Positions 51,501-63,464 of a stretch of DNA of 64,000 nt are shown in pieces; position 1 is the stretch's first letter, and each line of letters begins with the position of its first letter. Source of the DNA: Octopus bimaculoides. Its lineage: Eukaryota. A model generated the notes under the pieces. The model searched no databases, was not told the origin of the DNA, and worked only from the letters and a program-made list of their open reading frames with translations. The stretch is taken from positions 5,871,335 to 5,935,334 of the forward strand of contig NC_068994.1 in NCBI RefSeq assembly GCF_001194135.2. The letters run 5' to 3'. The position numbers were made by a program, and so were the translations under genes.

Positions 51501-52018
51501 ATGGCTTCACAACATCTAATTGGATCACTGGATAACCAAGATGGTGCTCAGTTGGTCTCCAGACATCTAGCTTTTAGTGGTAATGTTTGTAAAACAATGC
51601 CGACGAACGTAGACGTTAACCAGCAGAATGCGTCGTCGGAAAACATTAACGACGAAAGACCAACCGAGTCCCCAAATAACACCAACACTTCAGGCGATGC
51701 TTGTCTACAGCCTAGCGGTTCCGTTCCTCTCGCTGCTGTCGGTATAGCATGTAATGTAGTCCCCAGTAAATTGATGTTGGACAGACATGTAGCTGGAGGA
51801 GATCCACCGTCTATTCACGTCCGCTACACCCGCTCTTCGGCGAGGACCACTTTTGATGTAACAGAGACGAATGTATTAGGCAATGTTGCTCACGTATCAT
51901 CTATTCGTAGAGAACTGCACAGCAGTGTTGAAGATGCCTCACATTTAGGAAACCAGTCGTGTGTCGGGTCCAGAAAATTCATTTCCAGTTTTGATATAAA
52001 AAGAGTTACTAAGAACAG
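51501..52018 (+). CDS. SFI1: SFI1 exon 1 (low-complexity N-terminus; start codon uncertain)
   Basis: The 183-aa ORF is interrupted by donor AACAG|GTATGA in phase 2, which joins exon 2 in frame. Later ATGs are alternative starts. Confidence 0.7.
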
Positions 52019-53829
52019 GTATGACATTAACCACTGGACTTGGAAACATTAAGGTTTAGTACCCATAAATTAATTCCTCAAATAATAATATCCCAAATAA
52101 GACGATGCTGGAGAATAGCGTACCAAAGTATGATATAAAAATGAATTAGTTACGCACATATGCATGTATACGTACGTACATGCATAGGATATTTTTAATG
52201 TAAGAGCATATATATATAAGTGTGTATGTAGAAATGGTTAAAGGCTATGCGAACAAATGGTACTTTAGAAGAGCTATTTGATAGCTGCATCAAAGAATTT
52301 AAGTGAAGATCTAACGATGACACTTAAGTATGATGGTAGACGAGCTTTTAAAAAATTCTTATTACTGCTATACGTGAACAATATGTTCGTATTTATTTCA
52401 CCGACTCGCTAGTCTAAAATTAAAAACACAAGCTTTGTTCCTTATTATAATATACAACTACCTTGTTTTAATATCAAATATATTTAACTTATTTTTTGTA
52501 TTTATTTTTATGATATTGTCAGAAGTAGAAAGGCAGCACCAATGATCTTTTTACAGGGTCTCCAAGATTGAAGGGAAATGCCTTCAGAACTGGAGACCCA
52601 GCATGGAAAATTGTAATAGATTATGCTCCACCAAAATACCCAAGGGGTAGTTGCTGATGTTAAACTAGGCGCCAGGTTTGATCTATGATCCAAAAACATG
52701 AGTAGTCTCTATAATAGACAGCTTTGATCGACTGAGGCCATAGTAAAAAACACTTTTCTAAGGTGCCATTAGGTGGGCTTGAACTCAGAATATCATATAA
52801 TTACAAAGCAAATGTCTTTACTAAATAGCCATGATCATGTTGAATTTGGTAATCTAATCTCTAAAATCTCCCCAGAATATTTACTTGTGTTGCCAAATGT
52901 CAGACCAGGTCAGATGCAGCAGCATGTGTTATTGCAATGCATCACTTGCAACCACCATTGTCGGTATCAGCTCAGGTCATCTCAGGCAACGCTCTGAGCA
53001 GTGTCTCAATCAGTTCCCATCGCCACAAAATACTTCCTCATCCACCATGACTGTGAGACATGTGGCCGACCAACATAAGGATCCTCAAAGAAGAGAAACA
53101 TGGTATGCAGGATCCAACTCGGAATATCAAGTAACATGACCAAACAGCCTAAGCTGGTGTTCTGAAATCATACTATTAAATTAAATGTCTTAAATTAAAT
53201 GTCTTCACCTTATTTATTACAAATATTGCTCTTCAGCCTGGATCTTTGGCAACCCAAACAGCAACCCTAAACCTTAGTGTTCATTTTCGTAGCAAATAAA
53301 ATCTCAAGTTTTAAGGGTGGGGGAAACTGAACTACTCAGTCCAGACCTGATGAAGGAGTCTCTGGTTATTCAACTTAAGTAACATAGCAGCTAAAACTCT
53401 TTGAAAAAAGGCAGAAGGATGCATTCAATGAGGTAGTCCCCTAAAAAACTTATTGGGAAAAGTGGATTCTACATAGAGACCACGTTTGAATGTCATCATG
53501 GGGAGTGCTTTTGGTCATAGATATATATGTTTGTGTGTCTGTGTTTGTCCCCACAACATCGCTTGACAACTGATGGTGGTGTGTTTACATCCCCATAACT
53601 TAGCGGTTCGGCAAAAGAGACCGATAGAATAAGTACTAGGCTTCCAAAGAATAAGTCCTGGGGTCGATTTGCTCGACTAAAGGCGGTGCTTCAGCATGGC
53701 CACGGTCAAATGACTGAAACGAGTAAAAGAGTAATGTTACATTATACGTTTATAAATGTCATGTTTAAGTATCAGAAATATAAGAAATAACCACGTTGAA
53801 GCAGAAAGTATCCATATTGTTCATTGCAG

Positions 53830-53958
53830 AACCAAGGGCCACACATCAAGAGCATGTCAGCCAAGACCTTCCTCAAAGACTTCTCGTGTAAATATTGCTA
53901 ATTACCGTCCAGGATACACGTGGAACAAGGGTGGTCGTCTCAAGGAAATACGAATCAG
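53830..53958 (+). CDS. SFI1: SFI1 exon 2
   Basis: TTGCAG|..ANYRPGYTWNKGGRLKEIRIR|GTAACT resembles recalled human YRGTHTCTRQGRLRELRIR. Confidence 0.9.
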
Positions 53959-54723
53959 GTAACTCCTTTGTATTGTTTTGTTTCCATGGGTTTCATTTGT
54001 TGCAGTTACTTAGCTCAATAGTTTCATGTCATGTTTTAATACTTGACATAACAAGATCTAATCTAGTTCAGAACCTCACTGCACATTCTCTCATGTAGTT
54101 ATTTGCTTGTAGGTCATTCAACCCGTTAGAAATAACAGCCAAATACCCCTCAAGTTACAACCATCTCTGTTTTCAAAATTGATACATTAGTTCAGTGGCT
54201 CTCAACTGTTTTTTTTTACTTATGGACCCCTTTAATTTTCATTTTACTTCAGGGACCCTCAGCCAATTGATGTTTAAAAAAATCTTATTATATTTTCATT
54301 ATTAAATATTATTAGGAATTGTATTAAAAAAAATTGTGAAAATATTTTGTGCATTGTAGAAGTTTAGGCAATTTATTGCTTATAAATTTGAACAGCAAAA
54401 TCTTATATGGACCACTGCTGTAGATAGTTTTTGTTTGAAGGACATTATGCTTGAAAACATGTTGTGATGGTCATGGTTGTAATGCATTTGAAACAGCACA
54501 GCATTGACAAGATTCAGCAAAGTGAAACACATTTGTCATTCTTACGAGTCACCGTAGCACTCCAGATCAGATTGGAGCCTGGTGCAGCCACTGACTCTCC
54601 AGACCTCAGTCAAACCGTCCAACCCATGCCAGCATGGAAAACGGACGTTAAACGATGATAATGATGATGATGACAGATGGTGATTTATTATCTAATAAAT
54701 ATATATTATTCCTTCTTTTACAG

Positions 54724-54795
54724 AACTGTGGCCCGCAAGTATTATAGAAAATGGATGGTTGCTGTGTTTGGTTCGCTGAGCCCTGCATTTGCCAG
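54724..54795 (+). CDS. SFI1: SFI1 exon 3
   Basis: TTTTACAG| TVARKYYRKWMVAVFGSLSPAFAR |GTTTGA resembles human [24 protein letters not shown]; not in the ORF track. Confidence 0.9.
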
Positions 54796-54839
54796 GTTTG
54801 ATGCGATTTATAACATTACAGAACAGTTTTAATTATCAG

Positions 54840-55330
54840 CTGTTGAGTGTTGTGGAGATGAGATGGTGTTATCAATTTAGGGTACCGTGGAGCTTAGGTG
54901 ATATGGAAATAGGGTACTGTAGTGCAGTAGAGCTGGTGAATGATATGAATTTGTTTGTGGAGTTGTTGAGTGATATGGAGCTATGGTGTTGAAGAGCCAA
55001 TGTATTCATGGTGTTGTAGATCTGGGGTGTTATGAAGATAGGACACTGAGGTACTATGGAGTAATGGTACCATGGGGATAGGGCACTATGGAGCTGGGGT
55101 AAGGTAGAGCTGTCGGATGTCATGGATCTACAGAGATGAGAAGTTGGGGTGTTGTGGTACTATGATACTATGGTACTGTGGTGTTATGGAGCTGGGGAAC
55201 TGTGGTACTGTGGAGTTGGGGTGATATAAAGCTAGGATACTAAGGTACTGTAGAGCCGGAATGATAAGCTGGGGTGATACTGTGAATCATGTGGAGGTGT
55301 TAGGTAATACAAAATGGGGACTATTTGTGA
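54840..55330. repeat. Degenerate ~21-bp minisatellite (GGTACTGTGGAGCTGGGGTGAT-like) in SFI1 intron 3
   Basis: Recurrent GTACT(G/A)TGG and GAGCTGGGG words. Confidence 0.55.
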
Positions 55331-55751
55331 TACAGGGCTGTTGGATATTGCAGAAACCTCTGAGCTGATTTTTATTGTTTCTTTTTCGCTGTTTATAATT
55401 TCATCCAAATGATAACTGTTTTAAATTACCTTGGGAGCCTGTACTTACTACACATCATCCTGTAAATAGTAGACAAACCCTCCCCACAAACCATTCCCTA
55501 CTTAACAGCAACCTATATGTACAGTTAAATGGCTGGCCTATGAGGCTGCTGCTTCAGTTCCAATAAGCAGCTTCACATCAAGTCACTTCCTAAACATGCA
55601 CCCCTGAAATATAACACACACACACACACAATACAATACAAATAGTAACAAGTTGTGTGGTAATGAGTTTGTTTCTCAACTGCATGGTTCCATGTTCAAT
55701 CAAACTGCATGGCACCTTCGGCAAACATATATACATACATACATATATATA

Positions 55752-55789
<38 letters not shown>

Positions 55790-56046
55790 GGTATGTATGT
55801 ATGTATATGTATTTATATCTGTGTCTGTGTGTGTCTCACACCACCGCGTGACAACCAGTGTTGGTACGTTTACATTCCTGTAACTTAGTGGTTTGGCAAA
55901 AGAGACTGGTAGAATAAGTACTCTCAGTACCAAGCTTTAAAAAAATAAGTACTGGAGTCAATTTTTTCGACTAAAATTCTTCATATCAGTGCCCCAGCAT
56001 GGCCACAGTCTAATGACTGAAATAAGCAAAAGATAAAAGATACATA

Positions 56047-56078
<32 letters not shown>

Positions 56079-56212
56079 CATATATATATGTGTGTGTGTG
56101 TNNNNNNNNNNACGATGATGATGATGATGATGATGTGTGTGTGTATATATATATATATATTTTCAGTAGCTTTATTAGGTTTTATGTCTCTCCCTTTTTT
56201 TGTTATTTTCAG

Positions 56213-56323
56213 GGCCCATTGGCGTCGATGTATTTTACGTAAAACGTTCTCAGTATGGTATGACATCTGGTGGGTTCAGCGAAAAGAATGGCGGATGAAT
56301 ATAAGGGCAATTTGTCTGTTGCA
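56213..56323 (+). CDS. SFI1: SFI1 exon 4
   Basis: TTTTCAG| AHWRRCILRKTFSVWYDIWWVQRKEWRMNIRAICLL |GTAAGT; Sfi1 repeat (A-x7-LL-x3-F-x2-W type), resembles human [28 protein letters not shown]. Confidence 0.92.
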
Positions 56324-57359
56324 GTAAGTAAAGAATATATTTGGGTTGTTTGGTATGTAGTCGTTTATGAACATGAAGTGGTTTGACTTTGTCTCCAATA
56401 ATTCTGTGATGGAAAGAGCGAATGGCCAGAGCATCGAATCCCTAATTATCAGACAACATCTTCGAGGGGCTGGTTATATCACCAAGATGAATGATGAATG
56501 GCTTCTTTGTGAAAATCCCCTTCAGTGAACTGGCAGGAGCTCCTCTTCGATACTACTAAGATTGGTTAATATTGATTTTTGGTTAATACTGATTTTAAAA
56601 CACATTTAACAAATTTCTGTTGGTCCAACCAAGAATGTTAATTTACTCGGAATTATTGCAGCCACAAAATTCCTTTTATGGAAATATGAGAGAAAGTGAA
56701 ATAGCCTATGACAAGGATGTATAACTGAGGTATTCAACTAGTTTAATTGTCTGAGGTTCTAGAGAGATAAGGAAGAGAAAACTGTGAATATGAATGTCTG
56801 AGAGGCCTCTCCTGCCACACACACAAAAAAAAAAATTGAAATAGAAATAAAAGAAAAATATCAGCCCTCAACATCACCACCTTGAGGCCCCCAGGAAGCA
56901 GTCAATATTCCACTTTGTAAGATTTCTCTCTGAGGTTCTGCTGATATATAACCATCTGTGAGTAAGGTTAATATCTATAATGAATTTGCCATTTCTGATG
57001 GATGGACAGTGCAGACCTGGCAAACCCAGAATATAGGCCCCTGGTATAGAACTGTAGCACAGTGTAGTATGTAATACTCTATGGTAGAGTGTTATGTAGC
57101 ATATAGTACTGTGTGGTGTATGGTATATAGTGCTCAGTACTACACAGTTGTGTGGTGTATGATAGTGTAGTACCTAGTGTTGTGTGGTATTTGTGGGTTA
57201 CAATCCTGCTTACCCTGCTACTAATTTTCACATTTGTCTTCATTATTATCAATGTTAAAGCCAAAGAATTATAATGGTGGTGGTGGTGGTGCGGTGATAT
57301 TCCATCCATTGAACACCTTTACTCCTCCTTATACTTAGACATTACTCGTTGTTTCGCAG

Positions 57360-57454
57360 ATATCAGCAGCGCACCAAAGTCCTACACAGGTGGAAGCAGT
57401 TTGTCCTACTGTCTAAAGAGAAGAGATCCAAGTCGGCGTTGGCCTCCTTTCATC
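57360..57454 (+). CDS. SFI1: SFI1 exon 5
   Basis: TTTCGCAG| QYQQRTKVLHRWKQFVLLSKEKRSKSALASFH |GTAAGT; Sfi1 repeat; phase consistent. Confidence 0.88.
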
Positions 57455-57717
57455 GTAAGTTCAGGTGGGAGTCAATCCTCCTTCCACCTTTCTTTTCTTC
57501 TTATCCCCTCTTCTTTCTGCTGCCACCTCCCTCCTTCTCCTTTTCCCTCCCTCCTCCTCCTTCCCCTGTAACTTAGCAGTTAAGCAAAAGAGACAGATAG
57601 AATAAATACCCAGCTTAATAAAGAAGAAATAAGTACCAGGGTTGATTCATTTGACTAAGATTCTTCAAGGGGTGCTCCAGCATGGCCACAGTCTGAGGAC
57701 TGCAACAAGTGAAAGAT

Positions 57718-58065
57718 CATCATCATCATCATCGTTTAACGTCCGCTTTCCATGCTGGCATGGGTTGGACGATTTGACTGAGGGCTGGTGAAACCAGAAG
57801 GCTACACCTGGCTCCAATCTGATTTGGCAGAGTTTCTACAGCTGGATGCCCTTCCTAACGCCAACCACTCCGAGAGTGTAGTGGGTGCTTTTATGTGCCA
57901 CCTGCATGAAGGCCAGTGAGGCGGTACTGGCAACGGCCACACTCAAAATGGTGTATTTTACATGCCACCTGCACAGGAGCCAGTCCAGCGGCACCGGCAA
58001 CGATCTCACTTGAATGTCTTACACGTGCCACCGGTACAAGTGCCAGGAAGGCGACGCTGGGCACA
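57718..58065 (-). mobile_element. SINE-like repeat family B with (GAT)n tail (copies e.g. 21205-21340, 24122-24285 minus, 26140-26315, 49620-49800 minus, 54565-54660, 62760-62920)
   Basis: Shared CCAACCCATGCCAGCATGGAAA.CGGACGTTAAACGATGATG end and GGAAGGGCATCCAGCTGTAGAAAC core. Confidence 0.78.
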
Positions 58066-58213
58066 ACCTTTACCTGTCCAGCCAAATTTTGTGTAGTTCT
58101 GTGTATTTATGGAACATTCTAAGTTAGTTCCATGCAATCAAGTCAACTGTGAGAGACACACCATTCCAGTATTCGTAATAAAGCCTTCACCAAAATGTTT
58201 GCTCTAAATACAG

Positions 58214-58331
58214 ATTCCAGATATTTGAAGCAGAGAAGTTTAACCCTGTGGCAACACTACTTAACAAGACGACACAGTAAGAACCAGATGTCATTGCTTG
58301 CCAAGGATTTCCACACTCGTAAACTATTCAG
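58214..58331 (+). CDS. SFI1: SFI1 exon 6
   Basis: ATACAG| HSRYLKQRSLTLWQHYLTRRHSKNQMSLLAKDFHTRKLFR |GTATGG; Sfi1 repeat; phase consistent. Confidence 0.87.
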
Positions 58332-58447
58332 GTATGGCACTTCTAAATCTTCATATACCGTAAATCCTCGAGTATAATCTGCATTTTTTTACCAAAAATC
58401 TAAAGGTCAAAATCCCTAGTGCGTAGGTTTGCACTCTCTGAGTGCTC

Positions 58448-58490
<43 letters not shown>

Positions 58491-58592
58491 AAGCTGAACA
58501 CTCACATGTCGTCTTCGATGGGAGAGTCCATCGTCATTATTAGTATTGTTGTTATTATTGTATACAATTTTGACATATTGTTATATTTGCAG

Positions 58593-58695
58593 GCGTTGTT
58601 GGTCCCAGTGGCTTCGAGAGACAGACAGAGCAGCCATCCGGAAAGAGCAAGAAAGAATAGCCACATCACTGCATCACTCGCACATCCTGATGACT
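58593..58695 (+). CDS. SFI1: SFI1 exon 7
   Basis: TTTGCAG| RCWSQWLRETDRAAIRKEQERIATSLHHSHILMT |GTATGT; Sfi1 repeat; phase consistent. Confidence 0.88.
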
Positions 58696-59326
58696 GTATG
58701 TGTAGCCTTTGTTTTTATCGTATCTTTTGTAGATGCTAACACTGGAAGGGACGAGGGTGGGAGATTGGGGTCATGATGATGTAGATTTGACTGGGATTGG
58801 GGTCAGACACACTGGGGTTTGGGATGATTAGGAAGATGAGCTCCTTTCCTGCTCTACAAGAGATCGTGTGTGTGTGTGGCTTAATGGTTAGGGTATTCGG
58901 CTACCAATCACAAGACCATGGGTTCCATTTCCAGTGGTGCTTTGTGCCCTTAAGCAAGACACTTTATTTCACATTGCTCCAGTTCACTCAACTGATAAAA
59001 CTAAGTTGTACCTGCATATCAAAGGGGCCAGCCTTGTTACATTCCGTGTCACGCCGAATCTCCCTGAGAACTACATTAAGGGTACATGTGTCTGTGGAGT
59101 ACTCAGCCACTTGCATGTTAATTTCATGAGCAGGCTGCTTTCTTTGATTCGATCAACTGGAACACTTGTCGTCATAACCAACAGAGTGTCAGTAAGCGTG
59201 AGTGAGTCCATATTCATGTATCTAAGTATGTGTATATTTGTGTGTTTGCATGTATGTCTATGGGTGTATATGTCTGAATAACACTCACACATGCATATGT
59301 AATGTTTATAAAATCTCTTATGGCAG

Positions 59327-59483
59327 GCTTGGAAGATCTGGTGCCGAGCCAATGAAGACATAAAAGCACAGATGCAGCTCTCTGAGAAAGCCTTGCAACA
59401 CAAACATTGCTTCCTTCTTCGACTGACTTACACCAAATGGATGTCATACATTGCTCTGAGACGTGAGAAAACCTACCAGAAAT
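59327..59483 (+). CDS. SFI1: SFI1 exon 8
   Basis: TGGCAG| AWKIWCRANEDIKAQMQLSEKALQHKHCFLLRLTYTKWMSYIALRREKTYQK |GTATTT (weak donor); two Trp-anchored repeats; not in the ORF track. Confidence 0.85.
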
Positions 59484-59847
59484 GTATTTATGACTTCTGC
59501 CTTACAAATATTTCATTTTCCACTTTATGATTTTATGATTTTGCAAAAGAGAAATGATATCACAGTATACTGGGTGGCCCAAAAATAGGTTTACAGTTAT
59601 TCAACTGTCACTTTCGCATTCATATATTAACAGTTTAGATCTTAGTTATAAAAAAAAAAAATATGAAACCATTACTCTATGCTAATTTATGTAAATTTTG
59701 TCAAGCTCCCTTTTCAGTTTGTAAAGAACCAGTCTAGTACTGGAATTCATATAATCAAATTACCCACTGTCTCCAATCTCTCAATATGTCTATACTAAAA
59801 CCAATTCTTATGATCAAAAGAAATCAGTGATATTGTTTGTTAAATTC

Positions 59848-60012
59848 AGGCGTGGCTGCGTGGTAAGAAGCTTGCTTCCCAACCACATGGTTCCGGGTTC
59901 AGTCCCACTGTATGGCACCTTGGGTAAGTGTCTTCTAGTATAGCCTGAGGCTGACCAAAGCCTTGTGAGTGGATTTGGTCGACAGAAACTGAAAGAAGCC
60001 TGTCGTATATAT

Positions 60013-60060
<48 letters not shown>

Positions 60061-60275
60061 GTATGCATGTATATTTATGTGTCTGTGTTTTTCTCCCCTA
60101 CTATCACTTGACAACCGATGTTGGTGTGTAAATGTCCCTGAAACTTAGTGGTTCGGCAAAAGAGACGGATAGAATAAGTACTAGGCTTACAAAGCATAAG
60201 TCCTGGGGTCGATTTCTTCGACTAAATGCAGCGCTCCAGCATGGCTGCAGTCAAATGACTGAAATGTGTAAAAGA
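59848..60275 (+). mobile_element. tRNA-derived SINE, family A (other copies e.g. 7370-7900 minus, 9095-9260 minus, 40772-40920, 42075-42440 minus, 43545-43690, 53525-53730, 55805-56040)
   Basis: Head GTGGCTGCGTGGTAAG..GGGTTCAGTCCCACTG, internal (TA)n/(TG)n, tail ..CAGCATGGCTGCAGTCAAATGACTGAAA shared among copies. Confidence 0.8.
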
Positions 60276-60307
60276 GATATCATATCTTCTAATATTTTGG
60301 TTTTCAG

Positions 60308-60469
60308 CTGTTGCAGATAGATTTTTCAAAGAGAAAATATGCGACCAGAGTTTTCGAGCTTGGACACATCAGCTATGGGCTTGTCGCGCCCTCAAGGCCA
60401 ACGAGGATTACTTGAGAAGCTTACGACAGCGTTCTTCCTTACGGACCATGTGGCTTCACTGGAGAATTT
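60308..60469 (+). CDS. SFI1: SFI1 exon 9
   Basis: TTTTCAG| SVADRFFKEKICDQSFRAWTHQLWACRALKANEDYLRSLRQRSSLRTMWLHWRI |GTATCCTT (U12-type donor); resembles human MAERFHH..LRRAFTHWKHY. Confidence 0.88.
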
Positions 60470-61517
60470 GTATCCTTTTAATCATTGACAACTAAGGTAC
60501 AGATGTGACTGGTAAATGGAAACTGAAAGAAGATCATCATATATGTAAGCTGTCCTCTGTGTGTGTGTGTGTAGCCTTGTCTTGATATCATGTGATAGTT
60601 GTAGTAAACAAGCATTTCTATCATACAAGCAATGTTTTCCATTTCCAGTCTTCCTTGGAAATCACGTCTGGTCACAGGAAATAAATATTACCCTAACAGG
60701 TGAGTGTTGGCAACAGGAAGGGCATCTGGCCATAGAACACCTGCATCAACTGATTCTGTCTGATTCATGCAAGCATGGAAAAGAGAATTCTAAGTAATGA
60801 CATCCATGCCAGTAGTGGTAGCAGCAGTAGTAGTAGTGTTGGGTAGAGGTTTTGATTTTAGATTGCGTTCACACAGAGTTTATACCATAGAACCAGGGAC
60901 ATTCTCAGGCAGGTTGATATCAAAAGGGTTATTATCTGCTCATTGAAAACTTCTATAGAGTCTTCATCATCATCATCACCATCTAATGTCCATTTTCTAT
61001 GCTAGCATTTTGTTAATTGATATTTATAATCTGACTGGTAGTGGGTGTTAAAGCTACTCTGCAGAAAATAGCACTGACGCCAAATATTGAAATCAGAAGC
61101 CACACATAACATAGTTTTTGAAAGCTACCTGTGGCTCATGAGCTCCAGTTTGGCCACTGTTGACAACAGTGCTCCCTCTTGGATTGTTAATATTCTAGTT
61201 GTTGTTCACATTGCTTAACTGTAGATCAAAACTGATTTTGCAAAGCTGTGATCAGAGTTATTCCAGCTATGACCATCCTGTATTTTCTGTGATCAGAACC
61301 ACATTATCCAGCATGTCATTTTTTTTTTTCAGACAGTAGGGTGTTATTTGGAGGAGATTTGACTATTTCTAACAATTCAAGTGTCTCTGTTGTAGTCCTC
61401 TTGTTGGCTTCTCAGTATTCAATTAACCGAGGCTGGTCAGTCCCAAACAAATTACTGCATGAAGTATATTGAACTGGTATTGACAAAGACAAATAAATCC
61501 TTAATCAATTTCTTCAG
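60470..61517 (+). other. U12-type GT-AG intron (SFI1 intron 9)
   Basis: 5' splice site GTATCCTTTT; branch point TCCTTAAT at 61498-61505, just upstream of CAG. Confidence 0.88.
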
Positions 61518-61588
61518 ATATAGAAATGTGTAAACAGAAGAGAAATCAATTTTATGTTGCTGTGAACTATTATAGATTACGTTTACTG
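61518..61588 (+). CDS. SFI1: SFI1 exon 10
   Basis: TCCTTAATCAATTTCTTCAG| YIEMCKQKRNQFYVAVNYYRLRLL |GTGAGT; resembles human [24 protein letters not shown]. Confidence 0.87.
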
Positions 61589-62132
61589 GTGAGTTATTAA
61601 AAGTTTTGATATGTCTACTTGGTCTTTGTCATGCTGTTTCATTTCATTTTCCTTTCTTGAAATATGTGCTCTGTTGGTGGGCACTATGGCTGTGTGGTTA
61701 AAAAGTATACTTCAAAACCATGTGGTTCTTGAATGGATCCTCTGCCTAACACTTAGTGCAAATGTCTTATACTATAACCACAGGCTGACCAATACCCTAC
61801 AAGTATAGTTTAGTCTTCAGTGTCTGTTCAGATCTCTCAGGTGTGTTTGTACCTTCACATCTTGACACCATGTGATTGTTGTAAATGAGTCTCACTGTCA
61901 TACAAGTGGTACCATTCATTTCTAATTTCACATGGAAACTTGCCATTTCATGAGGAAATATTTACCTTGCCTGGAAGCAAGTAAGGGTTGGTTCATTTAT
62001 ATATGTATATATATCCTAAATACTGAGTTACATTCAATCCACAATGGCCCTGAGAGATAGAAATGTACAAACTACATTGAAAAGTCATAAAGGAGAAATG
62101 GTTTTAAATCTTTTTTTTTTTTCATCCCACAG

Positions 62133-62225
62133 AAATATGGAATGGCAGGTTTTTATTTAAACTGGAATCAGAAGAAAAGGTTGCGAACCTTGAGCAATTT
62201 GTGTAAGGGGATCCATAAAAGACAG
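62133..62225 (+). CDS. SFI1: SFI1 exon 11
   Basis: TTCATCCCACAG| KYGMAGFYLNWNQKKRLRTLSNLCKGIHKRQ |GTATGT; phase 0/0; strong splice sites. Confidence 0.82.
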
Positions 62226-63366
62226 GTATGTCTTCTTGAGTTTATCTCTGAATGTTAGACTATTACTAGAAGAAGGATAGCATCCATGACCCATTTCAGG
62301 ATTTCTGAGATTCTTTAAAATCAACTGCAAGATCTGCTACCAGGGTTAGTTTAATTGACTGGCCACTGCTCCCAAATTTCTGACCTTATGCTTTTGTCAG
62401 ATATATCATGATTATTATTATTGTTGTTGTTGTTTAAGGCAGCGAGCTAGAATAAGTGTCAGTCTGCATCAGCCCCACCCCAGTTAAGTACTGGGGTTCA
62501 TATTGACTGTCTCCCTTCTACCATGCTTGAGACCTTGGGTCCATGTAAGCGACTTTTTATGAGGGCACTAGATTGACAGAACCATTAGAATCTGTACCTT
62601 AAACCTCTCAACTGGCACAAAGCCACACCCCACTCAATACTACTTCCCCCCCCCCCGTCCAGTTGAANNNNNNNNNNACTACTTCCCCCCCCCCCGTCCA
62701 GTTGAAGGGTTTTCGTCTTGCAAGACGCCTGGTTACCCTGCCAGTTCTGGTGCCACATAAAAAGCACCCAGTACACTCTACAAGTGGTTGGCATTAGGAA
62801 GGGCATCCAACTATAGAAACCAGGCCAAAACAGACAATTGTACCTGGTGCCTCTTCTGTCCTTGTCAGTTCCAATCAAACCATGCATCCCATGCCAGCAT
62901 GGAAAACAGACATCAAATGATGATGATGGTGATAGTGGTGGTGGTGAGACCGTTTGAAACATTATCTTACAACATTTGTTCCAGCTCTTTACATTCCGAG
63001 TTCAAATTCTGTCACGGTCAACTTTGTCCTTCATCCTCCAGGTTCAATGAAATAAAATACCAGTCAAGTTGTGGTTGAAAGTACTCAACTAACCCCTCTC
63101 TCGGGTCCTGTGCTCTTGAATCGGTGTGGAGCTGGCAGCATTGTTAGCCTACCAGACAAAATGATTTGGTCATTTCTTCTGACTATATGTTCTGAGTTCA
63201 AATTCTGCATAGGCTGACTTTGCCTTTCATCCTTTTGGGGTCAATGAAATATCAGTTGACTACATTGTCGACAGAGGTCAATGTGATCAACAAGCTCCCT
63301 CCCACAAGATTTTAGGCTTTGTGCCTATAGCAGAAAGGATTTTTATTGTTGTTGTTATTGTTATAG

Positions 63367-63464
63367 TTGCTGAAAATGTCTTGGAACTACTGGTCCGACA
63401 GGCTTGACTCGAAGTATGACCAACGACTCATCCCCTTGACTCAAAGAGCTCAAAGTTTCTATCG
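63367..63464 (+). CDS. SFI1: SFI1 exon 12
   Basis: TTATAG| LLKMSWNYWSDRLDSKYDQRLIPLTQRAQSFYR |GTGAGA; resembles human [33 protein letters not shown]. Exons 1-12 total 1727 nt; the gene continues. Confidence 0.87.

Noticed and set aside
52019-52052. C-terminal YDINHWTWKH of the 183-aa ORF as a standalone small protein
   Set aside because: It lies after a good donor that splices in frame into SFI1 exon 2, so it is intronic read-through.
54193-54417. Second hAT MITE (CAGTGG..CCACTG); similar remnant at about 22957-23100
   Set aside because: Only about 6 bp of terminal match and no convincing 8-bp TSD; plausible but not supportable.
62639-62706. 29-bp direct repeat around a 10-N gap
   Set aside because: Typical unmerged contig overlap, i.e. 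an assembly artefact.
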